Shown in pieces: positions 50,569 through 61,249 of a stretch of DNA of 64,000 nucleotides. The stretch covers positions 320,001-384,000 of the forward strand of contig CBDANS010000007.1 in assembly GCA_965197745.1 (NCBI GenBank), read 5' to 3'. Numbering within the stretch: the first letter of the stretch is position 1; each line of letters begins with the position of its first letter. The notes under the pieces are model-generated. The model was not told where the DNA came from. It ran no database searches and was given only the letters and a program-made list of their open reading frames with translations. A program made the position numbers and the translations under genes. Source of the DNA: Opitutales bacterium (GTDB lineage: Bacteria > Verrucomicrobiota > Verrucomicrobiia > Opitutales > PNEW01).

Positions 50569-51960
50569 TCAGATCTCACTGGTGGCCGCAGTAATCATTT
50601 GAATGCGCTCTACTTGTTCAAGAAAATCTTGAACATTTTCTTTGAAATCTACTTCCTGCGCCTCGGTTAATAGCTCAGCAGCTTTGTCCCAGTCTTTGAT
50701 CTTAGTCAATAACTGTGCGTGGGCAACAAGAGCTTCAGCCTTAAAATCATCCAGCTTCTGCGCTTTTTCAAACATGTCTACTGCTCCTTCGATGTTGTCC
50801 TCCTGTCCATAATAATTGGCTAAAGTAATCAAGGCTCTCCCGCGTTTATCATCGCGTTCGATTATTTTTTCCAGTGTTGCTTTTGCTTTTTCACCCTCAC
50901 CGCGTGCAATGGCAATTTGCGATTGCATCGTCAAAAGCGTTAATTCCTCTTCGTCGGGGGTACGACCGCGATATACTCTCCGGATTTTATTTATCAGTAT
51001 TGCTGCTTCATCATACGCGCCAAAATTTGTTAAAGAACTCGCTGCTCTTATGGGGCCGTTAATATCTTGTTCGCGATCCTTATCAATTGAAGCGAGGTAG
51101 GCCTGCTGGGCGAGTTTGAGCATTTGTTTGTTTATATAAATATCTCCAAGGAGCAGAAGGCTATCCGGTGGAGCTTTATTCATGCGTTTTAATATTTCGA
51201 TATTAGCAGCAGCGTCTTCAATTTGGTTTAACCCGATAAAACCATTAAACTGCAGCAACCAATGGTCCTCATTATCCGGATCTTTGAGAAGCATTTCCTG
51301 GAAGAGAGCGTTGCTCTCTAAATATTTATCCTGGGACAGTAAGCTATGAGCCAGGCCGGTCCTCCATTGTTTTTCAGTCGGTTCTATAATTACCGCTTTT
51401 GTGTAGGCTTGCTCTGCCGCGTGGGCTTTATCTTGAAGTTGGTAACAGTAGCCGAGGAGTCCGTAAGTTCGCCCTTCTGTGTTTCCCATGTTAATGGTCC
51501 GTACAAGGTAGGGGATAGCTTCATCGTATTTTTCATTTCGCACATTGAGATAAGCCAATGCTTTCTGGGGGATTAAATAGTAAGGGTGTTGTCTCGCAAC
51601 TCTATCTATATAAATCTTAGCTTGTTCAAAGTTATCATTTTGAATGTAGAGATTACCGAGAATTAAAATCATAGCAGGGCTGGATTCGCTGTTTATAGAT
51701 ACCTCCAGTATATTTATGGCGGAAGTGATGCCGTCTGGTAAAAGTGCCTGAATCTGTTGAATCAAATCCCGCTCTTCGACTGAAATCCTGGGTGCTTTGT
51801 TAATAATGTAATTGAGCTCACCAATATAATACTTCTGCCAGAAACTATCATCAAATAATTCTTTCATGGGATTGGGCAGAGACTTAACTCCATTCGCGGA
51901 GCCATATACACCCACGCACAATATGATAGACAGGAAAATTGAGTTCTTATACTTTTTCAT
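50569..51960 (-). CDS. Exported tetratricopeptide-repeat protein
   Basis: Signal-like N-terminus; repeated LG..Y...A...Y..A helical units. Confidence 0.8.
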   Translation of the reverse strand: MKKYKNSIFLSIILCVGVYGSANGVKSLPNPMKELFDDSFWQKYYIGELNYIINKAPRISVEERDLIQQIQALLPDGITSAINILEVSINSESSPAMILILGNLYIQNDNFEQAKIYIDRVARQHPYYLIPQKALAYLNVRNEKYDEAIPYLVRTINMGNTEGRTYGLLGYCYQLQDKAHAAEQAYTKAVIIEPTEKQWRTGLAHSLLSQDKYLESNALFQEMLLKDPDNEDHWLLQFNGFIGLNQIEDAAANIEILKRMNKAPPDSLLLLGDIYINKQMLKLAQQAYLASIDKDREQDINGPIRAASSLTNFGAYDEAAILINKIRRVYRGRTPDEEELTLLTMQSQIAIARGEGEKAKATLEKIIERDDKRGRALITLANYYGQEDNIEGAVDMFEKAQKLDDFKAEALVAHAQLLTKIKDWDKAAELLTEAQEVDFKENVQDFLEQVERIQMITAATSEI

Positions 51961-52244
51961 TAACTATTTAAATAAAACGTATTGGAATTATATTTGAATT
52001 CGAATTACGCTTTTTTGGTCTTTAATCTTTAGCGTGAACGGGCAATATTGATAATGGTGTTGGATAATACAAACAAAATGTGTAAATTGATGAATCCGTA
52101 ATCGTGAGGGGAGTCAATCAGATAGTCAGGCATTATCATATCTAATTATTGCCTAAAGAGCAGCTCTTTCACATATTGTGACTGTAGGGGTCCATGCGTG
52201 GGACTCAATTAAATGACCAATAATATTTATAATCAGGACCTTAA

Positions 52245-52679
52245 GTGAATGGATCTATATATTCAGTAAAAGCGGTTAAATTTGGACTCTACGGATTATT
52301 TGTGACGGTATTATGCACAGTCACCCTTATGGTTTATGCCGCTCACCCCTGGGGTGACAATTACGCTTACCAGACGCTGACCGATTACATATTTCTTACG
52401 GCCTTTGCTTTTTGGGCGGTTATACCTTATCTCGCTCTCATGTTGCTCATTCAAATCTTTCACCGTCATAAAATATCCATCTACGTCACTCTGATAGGTG
52501 CGGGTATCATATGCCTGGCGAGTGTCGGTCTTCTCATCGATATGGTATTTATTCACGTCGATGCGCAAGGTTCACTTCTCTTTCTCTTCTTACCGGTTTA
52601 CCAGTGGGTGGCTATTTTTATTTTAGGTGTAATTTGTGTTATCGTCAATTACACCCTGGAAAAAACAGAGGAAAAATGA
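52245..52679 (+). CDS. Hypothetical membrane protein (about 4 TM)
   Basis: Four hydrophobic segments, DAQG motif. Confidence 0.65.
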   Translation: MNGSIYSVKAVKFGLYGLFVTVLCTVTLMVYAAHPWGDNYAYQTLTDYIFLTAFAFWAVIPYLALMLLIQIFHRHKISIYVTLIGAGIICLASVGLLIDMVFIHVDAQGSLLFLFLPVYQWVAIFILGVICVIVNYTLEKTEEK

Positions 52680-52709
52680 ACCTCCCATTAACATTCTTAT
52701 AATATAAAC

Positions 52710-53734
52710 ATGGCCATAAAGAAAAGTTGTGAAATTCACTTGAAACAATATCCGGAGGGTATGCCGACTTCAGATATTTTTAAAGGGTGGAGGTTAATCT
52801 TCCTGAATTAAAAAAGGGTGAAATTCTCATTAATAATCTATGGATGTCGGTGGATCCCTATATGCGTGGGCGTATGAGGGATGTGAAAAGCTACGCGGAG
52901 CCGTTTAAAATCGGCGAAGCATTAAATGGAGGGGCCGTTGGCCAGGTGATTGAGTCCTTACATCAGGATTACAAACCCGGCTTCTTTGTAAAAAGCATGC
53001 AGGGTTGGAGAGATATTTTTATCTCCGACGGTGAGGGGTTGGAAATAATCGATCCCGAACGCGCACCGCTCCAGACCTATTTGGGCATTATGGGAATGCC
53101 GGGTTTGACCGCCTATGTCGGCCTGATGATAATAGGAGAAATCAAACCTGAAGATACGGTGTTTGTTTCGGCGGCATCAGGGGCGGTTGGTTCTCTCGTG
53201 TGCCAGATTGCGAAATTGAAAGGTTGTCGCGTGGCAGGGAGTGCCGGGTCAGATGAAAAAGTCAGCTGGTTGATTGATGAAGCTAAAATTGACGCGGCCA
53301 TCAACTACAAAACGGCCGTCGACCTGGAATCTGAAATCGCGAGTGCATGCCCTGAGGGGATTGACCTTTACTTTGACAATGTTGGGGACAAACACCTGGA
53401 AGCTGCGCTAAACCTGATGAATCAATTCGGTCGTATCGTTATATGCGGAGCGATTGCGACTTATAATGATACGGAACCTAAACCAGGCCCCCCCAACCTT
53501 CGCCAGGTATTAGTGAAAAGACTTAAAGTGCAGGGCTTTATCGTAACCGATAACAAGGAATTATATCCGGTGTTTTTAGAGCAAATGTCGAATTGGATTG
53601 CCGAGGGAAAAATTAAATGGCGTGAAACAATCGTTGAGGGTTTAGATAAAGCACCGGATGCATTCATGGGTCTATTTAAAGGAGAAAATACCGGTAAGAT
53701 GTTGGTAAAACTGAGCGATCCGGATACGTTTTAA
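52710..53734 (+). CDS. NADP-dependent oxidoreductase (CurA/prostaglandin reductase-like MDR), apparent frameshift near 52780
   Basis: MAIKKSCEIHLKQYPEGMPTSDIF from ATG 52710, then a different frame with SVDPYMRGRM, GMPGLTAY, VSAASGAVGS, YFDNVG. Confidence 0.88.
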
Positions 53735-53866
53735 CATTATTTATATTACTGCCTCAGCTTTAACATAGATTGACACCCTGGGACTCTGTCTTTTTTGTTA
53801 AACCTGTAATGCTTAGAAGGGGAGAGATTATTATGTTCTGCGTATTTCAGGGTAACCAGTAGTGTT

Positions 53867-54235
53867 ATGAAAAGAATACTTGTAGTGGATGATGACCCTG
53901 GCATGCGGGAAATGGTAAAGCTGCTTTTAAATGATGAAGGGTATCATGTGTTTGAAGCTGCAAACGGAAAGCATGCCATGGAATGTCTGAAAAACGAATC
54001 ACCTGATCTTGTGATTACTGACATCATCATGGAGGAAATGGATGGAGTGGAAATTATTATGGAAATTCGGGAAAATTATCCTGATATAAAAATTATAGCG
54101 ATGAGCGGTGGCAGTAAAATATCTGCCGCCCACTACTTGGAATCAGCATCAGATCTGGGTGCAGATTACGCTTTTACAAAGCCCTTTGCGCTCCCCGATA
54201 TGTTGAAAGCGATTAAAGAACTGATAGAAGAATAA
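53867..54235 (+). CDS. Single-domain response regulator
   Basis: ILVVDDD, LVITDI.M..MDG, FTKPF. Confidence 0.92.
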   Translation: MKRILVVDDDPGMREMVKLLLNDEGYHVFEAANGKHAMECLKNESPDLVITDIIMEEMDGVEIIMEIRENYPDIKIIAMSGGSKISAAHYLESASDLGADYAFTKPFALPDMLKAIKELIEE

Positions 54236-54271
54236 AATTTATTCTTCAACTCTCAGCTTTCTTTGGTAATT

Positions 54272-54407
54272 GTGTTAGGTGTTAAGTTTTAAGTGTTAGG
54301 TAAAAGAGAATTAAATTTTAATGCCTAGGGTCAATTGTTGAAATTTTACCTTTTGACTTAAGTTTACCGACTATTTCCCTTAACACCTAAAACTTAACAC
54401 TTAACAC
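54272..54407. repeat. Inverted pair of heptamer tandem arrays
   Basis: 54272-54298 gtgttaggtgttaagttttaagtgtta vs reverse complement of 54381-54407 (25/27). Confidence 0.75.
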
Positions 54408-54444
54408 TGCTATTATAACTTTTAAGTTTCGATCACTGCTAATC

Positions 54445-55494
54445 ATGCCATTAAAAGTAGAGCTTAATGAAACGGATCGTCGGATATGGGAAGAACTCGA
54501 TGCATTCGTCCCACCGGAAATAATTGACGTTCACACCCATCTCTATCTTTGGAATTTCAATAGTGATCCAAAGAAGGATGATGTACCGGAAGCGGGTAAT
54601 ACATGGCCGGCGAAACCGTTCCGTGAAGATTTTCCCATCGCCGGTTGGCGAGAGAGTGATAAGTTTGACCAGCTTCTTATGCCCGGTCGAAAAGTTCACC
54701 GTCTATCTTTTGGCATGCCTTTCCCGATGGTGGATTTCGAAGCATCCAATAAATTTACGGCCGAGGAAACAGCCAATGATCCCGATTCTCGTGCTTTAAT
54801 GTTGGTGGATCCAAAAATGAACGCCGACTACCTGGAAGCGCAGGTGCAAAAATACGGGTTTATCGGTTTTAAACCTTACCGTCTCTACTCGATTACTGGA
54901 GATGTCGACAATTGCAGAATTACTGACTTTATTTCCGAACATCAGGTTGAGGTCGCCCACCGGCTTGGGCTCATAATCATGATGCACGTTTCTAAACGCG
55001 ACGCGATCGCCGATCAGGATAATATCGATGACTTGCAGCGACTATCTGAAAAGTACCCAAACGTAAAATGGATACTCGCGCATTGCGGTCGCAGTTATTC
55101 CTCATGGGCTATAGAAAAAGGCGGTAAATTTATGAGGGACTTACCCAATGTATGGTTCGACACCTCGGCGGTAACCGAGACCGATGCCATCGATGCCCTC
55201 TTATCTACAGTCGGAATCGATCGGGTTATGTACGGGAGTGACGATATTCCTTTTGGCATCATGCGGGGAAAATTAATTGCCTTTGGCTATTCATGGGCGC
55301 TTCTTACTGATGATAATCACTCATTTAATCTCAACCATTGCGATGGACGACTGACTTTCATTCGTTACGAAGAACTGCGTGCCATACAAAGGGCCCTTAT
55401 AAAATACGGTCTGACCGATAAAATTTGCCAGGACCTTTTTTATAACACCGCAAAAAACTTAATCGGTTCCGTCGGTTCTCAGGTTTCGGGGTAA
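54445..55494 (+). CDS. Amidohydrolase family protein
   Basis: IDVHTH, ILAHCG, FDTS, MYGSD. Confidence 0.85.
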   Translation: MPLKVELNETDRRIWEELDAFVPPEIIDVHTHLYLWNFNSDPKKDDVPEAGNTWPAKPFREDFPIAGWRESDKFDQLLMPGRKVHRLSFGMPFPMVDFEASNKFTAEETANDPDSRALMLVDPKMNADYLEAQVQKYGFIGFKPYRLYSITGDVDNCRITDFISEHQVEVAHRLGLIIMMHVSKRDAIADQDNIDDLQRLSEKYPNVKWILAHCGRSYSSWAIEKGGKFMRDLPNVWFDTSAVTETDAIDALLSTVGIDRVMYGSDDIPFGIMRGKLIAFGYSWALLTDDNHSFNLNHCDGRLTFIRYEELRAIQRALIKYGLTDKICQDLFYNTAKNLIGSVGSQVSG

Positions 55495-55729
55495 GCGTAT
55501 ACGCACCAGTATTAGGACTAAGGAAACGAAAATATAGCCACTACCGAACGTAGCGAGATCTTCCAAAGGCACAAAAAGGACAAGATTATATTCATGCAAA
55601 TCGGATGCCTGATCCCACAACCGCTGGACTCGTTAGTGGCTATTCAATCTTCTCCTCATATTGTATCCGTATTTATCCGTGCCATCCGCGGTCAATCTAT
55701 CCTGACAATCGACAATCGTAAATTGAGTA

Positions 55730-57025
55730 CTAGTTCTCAAACCATTCAAGGGGGATGATGAGAAGTTTATGATCGGAGAGAGTGAGATGGGGATAGTCCC
55801 CGATCTGCCACTCACGATAAGAGAGATAAACATCTCGATTGTAAATACGCGCAGATACATAATCGTAGGTTCGACCGAGCATAGGTTGAATGATCTTTCG
55901 AAACTTAAAAGACTTTCCTGCGTCCTTACTTACGGCAAAAGCTAAAGGAGTCCGGTCACAGTTGCGGTCTCTTTCACCTACCGGGTTGTTGTTATAGATG
56001 ACCGCTATATGGCCTGAATCTGGCAGGCGGAACAGGGTTTGGGGAGAAACAGGGGTTTGTAATTCCTTGATCGGAACGGGTTGACTCCAGGTCTTACCGC
56101 CATCTGAGGAAATACTCTTAAAGGGATTACCGAGTTTAGTGCGCATGATCATAAACACCCTGCCTTCCTTAAGCTCAATTAACCCGGGTTCTTGCAGCGT
56201 TAATTTTTTGTATTCCTTATCGGGAAAATCTTTTTGAAGCAAGGTGCAGTATTCACCCTGTTCCCAACTTTTTCCTTCATCGTCGGAGTAATAAGTGAGA
56301 CAGGATTGTTTCATCCACCTGAATTCCTGGCCGGGGTCGAGAGAGACCGCTGCCGGCACCAGAATTCTACCGGTTGAGAGCTGGAGGACGCGGGCATTAT
56401 TGACAACATAAAAATGGTCCCGATCTGATATTCGTTCGGCTTTAGTGAATATTTTTCCATCACTTGTAAAGCGGACATAAATGGAACAGCGCATCTTACG
56501 GTAGTCATCATCGCTATCTCGCTCTACCTCTTCCTTGCCGAGGTAAACTAACATTACTTTGTCGCTGGACTGCAACCGTAGCAAACTGGCGTCCATCAGA
56601 TTTGAATTCTTTCTGTGTTCTTTTTCGGAGAGGGTCGCAAATGGTTCAATCCCTCCCCAGCTCATACCGAAATTGTAACTGCGTCGTCCGATAATAATCG
56701 ATTCGGAAAGGTCACTGCGATTACTGTGGCGCGTCCACACTGCCAGTAGACTACCATCGGCAAGTTGCGCGATATCGCCCTCGGAATGCCTTTGGTAAAT
56801 CTCATCCGATCTCCCGAGAACAATTTCTCTACCCGGTGCGGCAGGATCACCTTCGTCAAAGCGTTCTCTTACGTGTATGAGATCAGAATTGCTGATCGGT
56901 TCCGACTTTTCCATTTCTTTCCTATTTTTGGACTCGGTTATGCCACTTCCCCTTGTTGTAATAAAAGTGTAGAATACTACAATTATTATTAACGCGTTTC
57001 GAAATATCGGTTTTTCTTGATTCAT
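55730..57025 (-). CDS. Sialidase-like BNR/Asp-box beta-propeller protein
   Basis: YSDDEGKSW, SSDGGKTW, SKDAGKSF, LQEP, RTPL. Confidence 0.8.
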   Translation of the reverse strand: MNQEKPIFRNALIIIVVFYTFITTRGSGITESKNRKEMEKSEPISNSDLIHVRERFDEGDPAAPGREIVLGRSDEIYQRHSEGDIAQLADGSLLAVWTRHSNRSDLSESIIIGRRSYNFGMSWGGIEPFATLSEKEHRKNSNLMDASLLRLQSSDKVMLVYLGKEEVERDSDDDYRKMRCSIYVRFTSDGKIFTKAERISDRDHFYVVNNARVLQLSTGRILVPAAVSLDPGQEFRWMKQSCLTYYSDDEGKSWEQGEYCTLLQKDFPDKEYKKLTLQEPGLIELKEGRVFMIMRTKLGNPFKSISSDGGKTWSQPVPIKELQTPVSPQTLFRLPDSGHIAVIYNNNPVGERDRNCDRTPLAFAVSKDAGKSFKFRKIIQPMLGRTYDYVSARIYNRDVYLSYREWQIGDYPHLTLSDHKLLIIPLEWFEN

Positions 57026-57110
57026 TGTAAATACATTTCAATAAACATTTCATTGAAGATTACTGTCAATAAAACCAAATATACTTTTACTCTTATCCCC
57101 TTGCTTCCCA

Positions 57111-59690
57111 TCAATCTTTTTTAGGGTGCATTGTATAAAGCGTGAGCCCCTCGAGTGACCTCTTACGCTCCGGAATAATCAGACTGGCAAAATACCCAAC
57201 TATGAAACAGACGGTGAAACCGATCGCAGAGTAGAGAAAGAAGTGTATCGGTGTATCATATTTTACGGAATAAAGTATAACCGCACTGGCGATCGCGCCA
57301 ACTATAGCGCCCATACCATTCGCACGTCGTGTAAAAATACCCAGGGCAAACAGTCCACCCAACCCGCTGATAAACAAACCGGCGATATAGGCAGCAAACA
57401 ATGCGGCGTTATGAATGTCAAAAGTTACCAATAGGAGAGTGATAGCGGTGGCAAAGAGACCAACGACCAAGGTAACTGAGCGAGCGAGAAATAAATAGAG
57501 GCGATCGGGTTTGTCAGGTTTGAAGCGTCGGTAAAAATCGGTGACAAAAACTGTGGCCACCGAATTCATTCCGCTGTCCAGGCTAGACATCGCAGCAGAA
57601 ATGATGGCGGCAATGACAAAACCAGCAAGCCCGTAGGGAAGATTTTGTGCGATGAAGAGAGGAAAAATCGCGTCATTCTGCATTCCCATGCTGACTGAGG
57701 CTGGATGCGTTTTATAATAGGCGTAAAGGGCGGAACCCATACCATAAAATAAAAAACCGATGGGAATACCAATTATAGCATTTAACCATATCCCTTTCGC
57801 GGCCGCTTTTTCATCCTTGGTTGTAAGATACCTTTGGATCGTGGTTTGTTCGGTGGCTGGACCTATAAAGGAACCAAAAGCACTATTAATTAATATTACC
57901 CATAGAACGGGCGCAGTAAAGTCCCACTCCAGATACAACATGCGGTATTTATCATCTGCCATTCCAATATCGAACATTCCCTTATAACCATTATCGATAT
58001 GAAAAGGAATAACGATGAGGGCAATTATGATGCCGACAAAAAATATGATAACCTGTAAAACGTCCGACCATACGACCGCTTCGATACCACCCAGCACGGT
58101 GTAAAAGGTGCTGATCAGTCCCATAAAGAGAATGCATAAGTATATATTAATCCCCGCGATGGTGGAGAGAACGACTGCTGGTAGATAAAGAATAATGCTG
58201 ATCCTGATTAATTGAAAAATTATGAATTGAACACTCCCGTATAAGCGAACAGGTAGATTAAATCGTTTTTCCAGGTATTCATAAGCGGTGGTAACATTAA
58301 GCCTTCGGTAAAACGGCAGGTAAAAATAGATAACAATTATAGGTGCAATGATTAACCCAATCCTTCCGGGAAATAGAAACCAGTCCGATGTGTAAGCCAA
58401 TGCGGGATAGGAAATATAAGTTAAGGCGCTGAGTCCGGTTCCCAGAATACTGAGCCCTGCTGCCCACCAGGGTACGCGATGACTGGCGAGAAAATAATCT
58501 TTTGTCCCTTTCTCCCGCTTGGAAAAATAAAAACCCATGTAGACAAGCGCCACCATGTAGATAATAAGAAAAGCGTAATTTATAGTTCCAAAGGAAGCGT
58601 TCGCTCCCGCGTCGTGAATCATTAGTTGCATCTTAGGCGTCGTTACACCCGGGTAAATTTCTCCACTCGTCAGGACGATCCCTTCATCCCAGGATACCGC
58701 TTCAGAAAAGACTACACCTAACGGTATTTCATCTTTTAGTAGCCAGGTATCCGTTACCGTATGATAGACGAGAAGATCGCGTGAATAATTGGTATGATCA
58801 TCTCTGAAATTCTCATCTGTGTGTTTCTGGGTATTACCCCCAAAAATAAGAATATGCGATTGCCCATAGGCAATACCAGGAGCTGCGGTTACCGGGTGAG
58901 GGGTGTCAGCGATCGGTTCCCAACGCTTATAACGAAGAGAATAGCGGTAGCCGTCAGTCAATTGCCTGGTTTTAATCTCTCGATTCTCGTTCCAGACCAA
59001 TTCTTCGCCGCCAATAATGTATACATATCTTCTATTTCCGATAGTCTGACCTACGACGATGGCCATTCTCCGGGCCGGGCCATCCCAGGTTTCTAAAGGT
59101 TTCCACCCCGCTTCCAATTTATTAAGGTCAAGTGACCAGAAAATTTTCTTCAGGCTGGAGACATCGCGGTCTAACCGGCTACCCGCAATGTAAATAACAT
59201 CATCAATTTCAACAGCGCTGAAAAAAGAGAGGGGTTGTGGTAGAGGTGGCAGGGATACGTGATCTATTTTTCGAGAACTTGCATTCCACCTCAATTGCGT
59301 CACCCGGTTTTGATAGCCCGCAGCGTTGTTTCCTCCAATCAAGATCAAACTATCATCATGACTTACGGATGCACCGAAGGCGATCGGTTCATTCAGTTTG
59401 TATCCTGTCAGCCACGTTTTCTCTTTTGTATTCGTAAGAATATAGATGTCATCATGCCAGACTCTGCTTCCCCCCTTCTTATCCATGACATCGGGTATAT
59501 TAGATCCCCCGGCAACGATTAACACTCCGTTGCTGACACCGGAAAAGGCTCCTCCCACCCCAAGGGCATTGGGGAAATCAGGAAGTTCTATCCAATTGAT
59601 GACTTCTGTCGCTGCTCTTGCGGTTTCACTGCGCCCTGTATTGTAAAAAACAGAAGATATACATAATAAAATAGTACAGGCACGCTTCAT
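57111..59690 (-). CDS. Fusion of Kelch-repeat (NanM-like) domain and sodium:solute symporter (SiaT-like)
   Basis: N-terminal repeats IVAGG/LIGG/YIIGG/IFGG; C-terminal DYFLA, TAYEYLEKRF, GGIEAVVWSD, QRYL, AAMSSLDS. Confidence 0.88.
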   Translation of the reverse strand: MKRACTILLCISSVFYNTGRSETARAATEVINWIELPDFPNALGVGGAFSGVSNGVLIVAGGSNIPDVMDKKGGSRVWHDDIYILTNTKEKTWLTGYKLNEPIAFGASVSHDDSLILIGGNNAAGYQNRVTQLRWNASSRKIDHVSLPPLPQPLSFFSAVEIDDVIYIAGSRLDRDVSSLKKIFWSLDLNKLEAGWKPLETWDGPARRMAIVVGQTIGNRRYVYIIGGEELVWNENREIKTRQLTDGYRYSLRYKRWEPIADTPHPVTAAPGIAYGQSHILIFGGNTQKHTDENFRDDHTNYSRDLLVYHTVTDTWLLKDEIPLGVVFSEAVSWDEGIVLTSGEIYPGVTTPKMQLMIHDAGANASFGTINYAFLIIYMVALVYMGFYFSKREKGTKDYFLASHRVPWWAAGLSILGTGLSALTYISYPALAYTSDWFLFPGRIGLIIAPIIVIYFYLPFYRRLNVTTAYEYLEKRFNLPVRLYGSVQFIIFQLIRISIILYLPAVVLSTIAGINIYLCILFMGLISTFYTVLGGIEAVVWSDVLQVIIFFVGIIIALIVIPFHIDNGYKGMFDIGMADDKYRMLYLEWDFTAPVLWVILINSAFGSFIGPATEQTTIQRYLTTKDEKAAAKGIWLNAIIGIPIGFLFYGMGSALYAYYKTHPASVSMGMQNDAIFPLFIAQNLPYGLAGFVIAAIISAAMSSLDSGMNSVATVFVTDFYRRFKPDKPDRLYLFLARSVTLVVGLFATAITLLLVTFDIHNAALFAAYIAGLFISGLGGLFALGIFTRRANGMGAIVGAIASAVILYSVKYDTPIHFFLYSAIGFTVCFIVGYFASLIIPERKRSLEGLTLYTMHPKKD

Positions 59691-59773
59691 TAATCAGGAT
59701 AATGATGCGAATCGAGCATGTAGCTGTCCAGTTATCTTTAAGATACCTGGAACGGGCGACACCGACTCTATCT

Positions 59774-59809
59774 TATTGAGTAATGAACGATGGGTTTCAT
59801 TACTCAATA
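59774..59809. terminator. Perfect 14-bp hairpin just downstream of the Sel1 gene
   Basis: TATTGAGTAATGAA-N8-TTCATTACTCAATA. Confidence 0.5.
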
Positions 59810-59817
59810 GCTGAAAT

Positions 59818-60483
59818 TTATCTATTCAGTCTTTTCTTGGTTTTGTGCTTTTCCAACCAACGGGCAACGGTGCGTTCGGCGTCTTTGACTTGTACCTCAG
59901 TCATTTCTTGTTTCAGAGTGAATAAATTAGCATCGGTGTTATATTCTCTCCCAGAGGCTGCGATGCTATACCACGTGTAGGCCCGAACATAGTTTTTTGG
60001 CACCCCTTTGCCTAAGGCATACATTTCTCCTAAATTGTATTGAGCACTGGAATTATTCTGATCCGCGGCCTTGCGGTACCATTTAAAGGCTTCTTCATAA
60101 TCCTGCTCTACCCCAAGACCCCATGCATACATATCACCCAGGTTGTTCTGGGATTGTGCTATTCCCTGACCGGCAGCTTTGCGATACCATTTGATAGCCT
60201 TACTGTAGTTTATACGGACTCCCTGACCCTTTTCATACATCAAACCCAGGTTGCTTTGGGCGGGCGGATATCCTTGCACCGCAGACTTGCGAACCCAATG
60301 AAATGCCATGGCGTAATCTTGTGTAAGATAATGGCCAAAGTAATAAAGCTCACCTAAATTGTTTTGGGCGCGGGCGTCTCCACTTTCCGCTTTCGTTCTC
60401 AATGAGAATATCTCACCGCTTTCATCCCCTAATCCAAGGGTCGGTATAAGACTGACAGCGATGAACAGAACCGCAAATTTCAT
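59818..60483 (-). CDS. Sel1-repeat exported protein
   Basis: Four AQ.NLG.MY..G.GV..DY..A..WYRKAA units. Confidence 0.92.
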   Translation of the reverse strand: MKFAVLFIAVSLIPTLGLGDESGEIFSLRTKAESGDARAQNNLGELYYFGHYLTQDYAMAFHWVRKSAVQGYPPAQSNLGLMYEKGQGVRINYSKAIKWYRKAAGQGIAQSQNNLGDMYAWGLGVEQDYEEAFKWYRKAADQNNSSAQYNLGEMYALGKGVPKNYVRAYTWYSIAASGREYNTDANLFTLKQEMTEVQVKDAERTVARWLEKHKTKKRLNR

Positions 60484-60706
60484 GATAGCAATAAATAATG
60501 TTTTTCCTTACATGGCAACCGCGAGTGGCGCAATCACAAGGATATAAGGTTACATAATTCAGAGAGCTCGTTGCTCAGAGAGAACTCCTTCAGGTAACTT
60601 CTGTTCTACAGCGTAAACTGAGAATTTTCTTAGGCTGAGTTTATAAATAATCGCTAAAAGCTCAGACTCTTAATCGCGTGTCGATTTGAATGCAACGAGT
60701 GTGAAA

Positions 60707-61117
60707 TTATCCGGACATTGTTTCTTTTTCGGATTTCTCCTTTGCCTTGGATTTTTTCTCGGTAGCTTTAAAACCTGTTTTATTAATTACCTTTAAGATC
60801 TTTTTTTCATTTAATTTCGCAGGATCGTAGACAACTTTCCCGCCTTTACCTTCATGGGAAATATTCGTTTTTATAACACCATCGAGTTTATCCAGTGAAG
60901 CGAGGACACTATTCGAACAACTGGTGCAAACCATGCCCGATATAGCGAGATCCATCGTTTTATAATTTTTCTTAGCAGCCTGAGATCCCGGTTGCCCCAT
61001 CTCGCTTACTGATGATTGATCCGGCGCCTCACTGGTGCCTGATCCCCACGTCTGTACCGGTGCCATTATCAGCATGCTGGCAATCCCTATACCTGTAAAT
61101 ATATTGGTTAATTTCAT
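60707..61117 (-). CDS. Exported heavy-metal-associated (HMA, MerP/CopZ-like) protein
   Basis: Signal peptide, ISGMVCTSC. Confidence 0.85.
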   Translation of the reverse strand: MKLTNIFTGIGIASMLIMAPVQTWGSGTSEAPDQSSVSEMGQPGSQAAKKNYKTMDLAISGMVCTSCSNSVLASLDKLDGVIKTNISHEGKGGKVVYDPAKLNEKKILKVINKTGFKATEKKSKAKEKSEKETMSG

Positions 61118-61249
61118 AATAATTATCCTTAATCTAATTGTATAATTCAGCGCAACAAATAAATAGGCAGAAGTCCCTTGTAAATGGTACAAAGACAGAA
61201 TATTTCTCTTTAATTGAGTGATGGAGAGTGCTTTTAACTGACACCGCAA

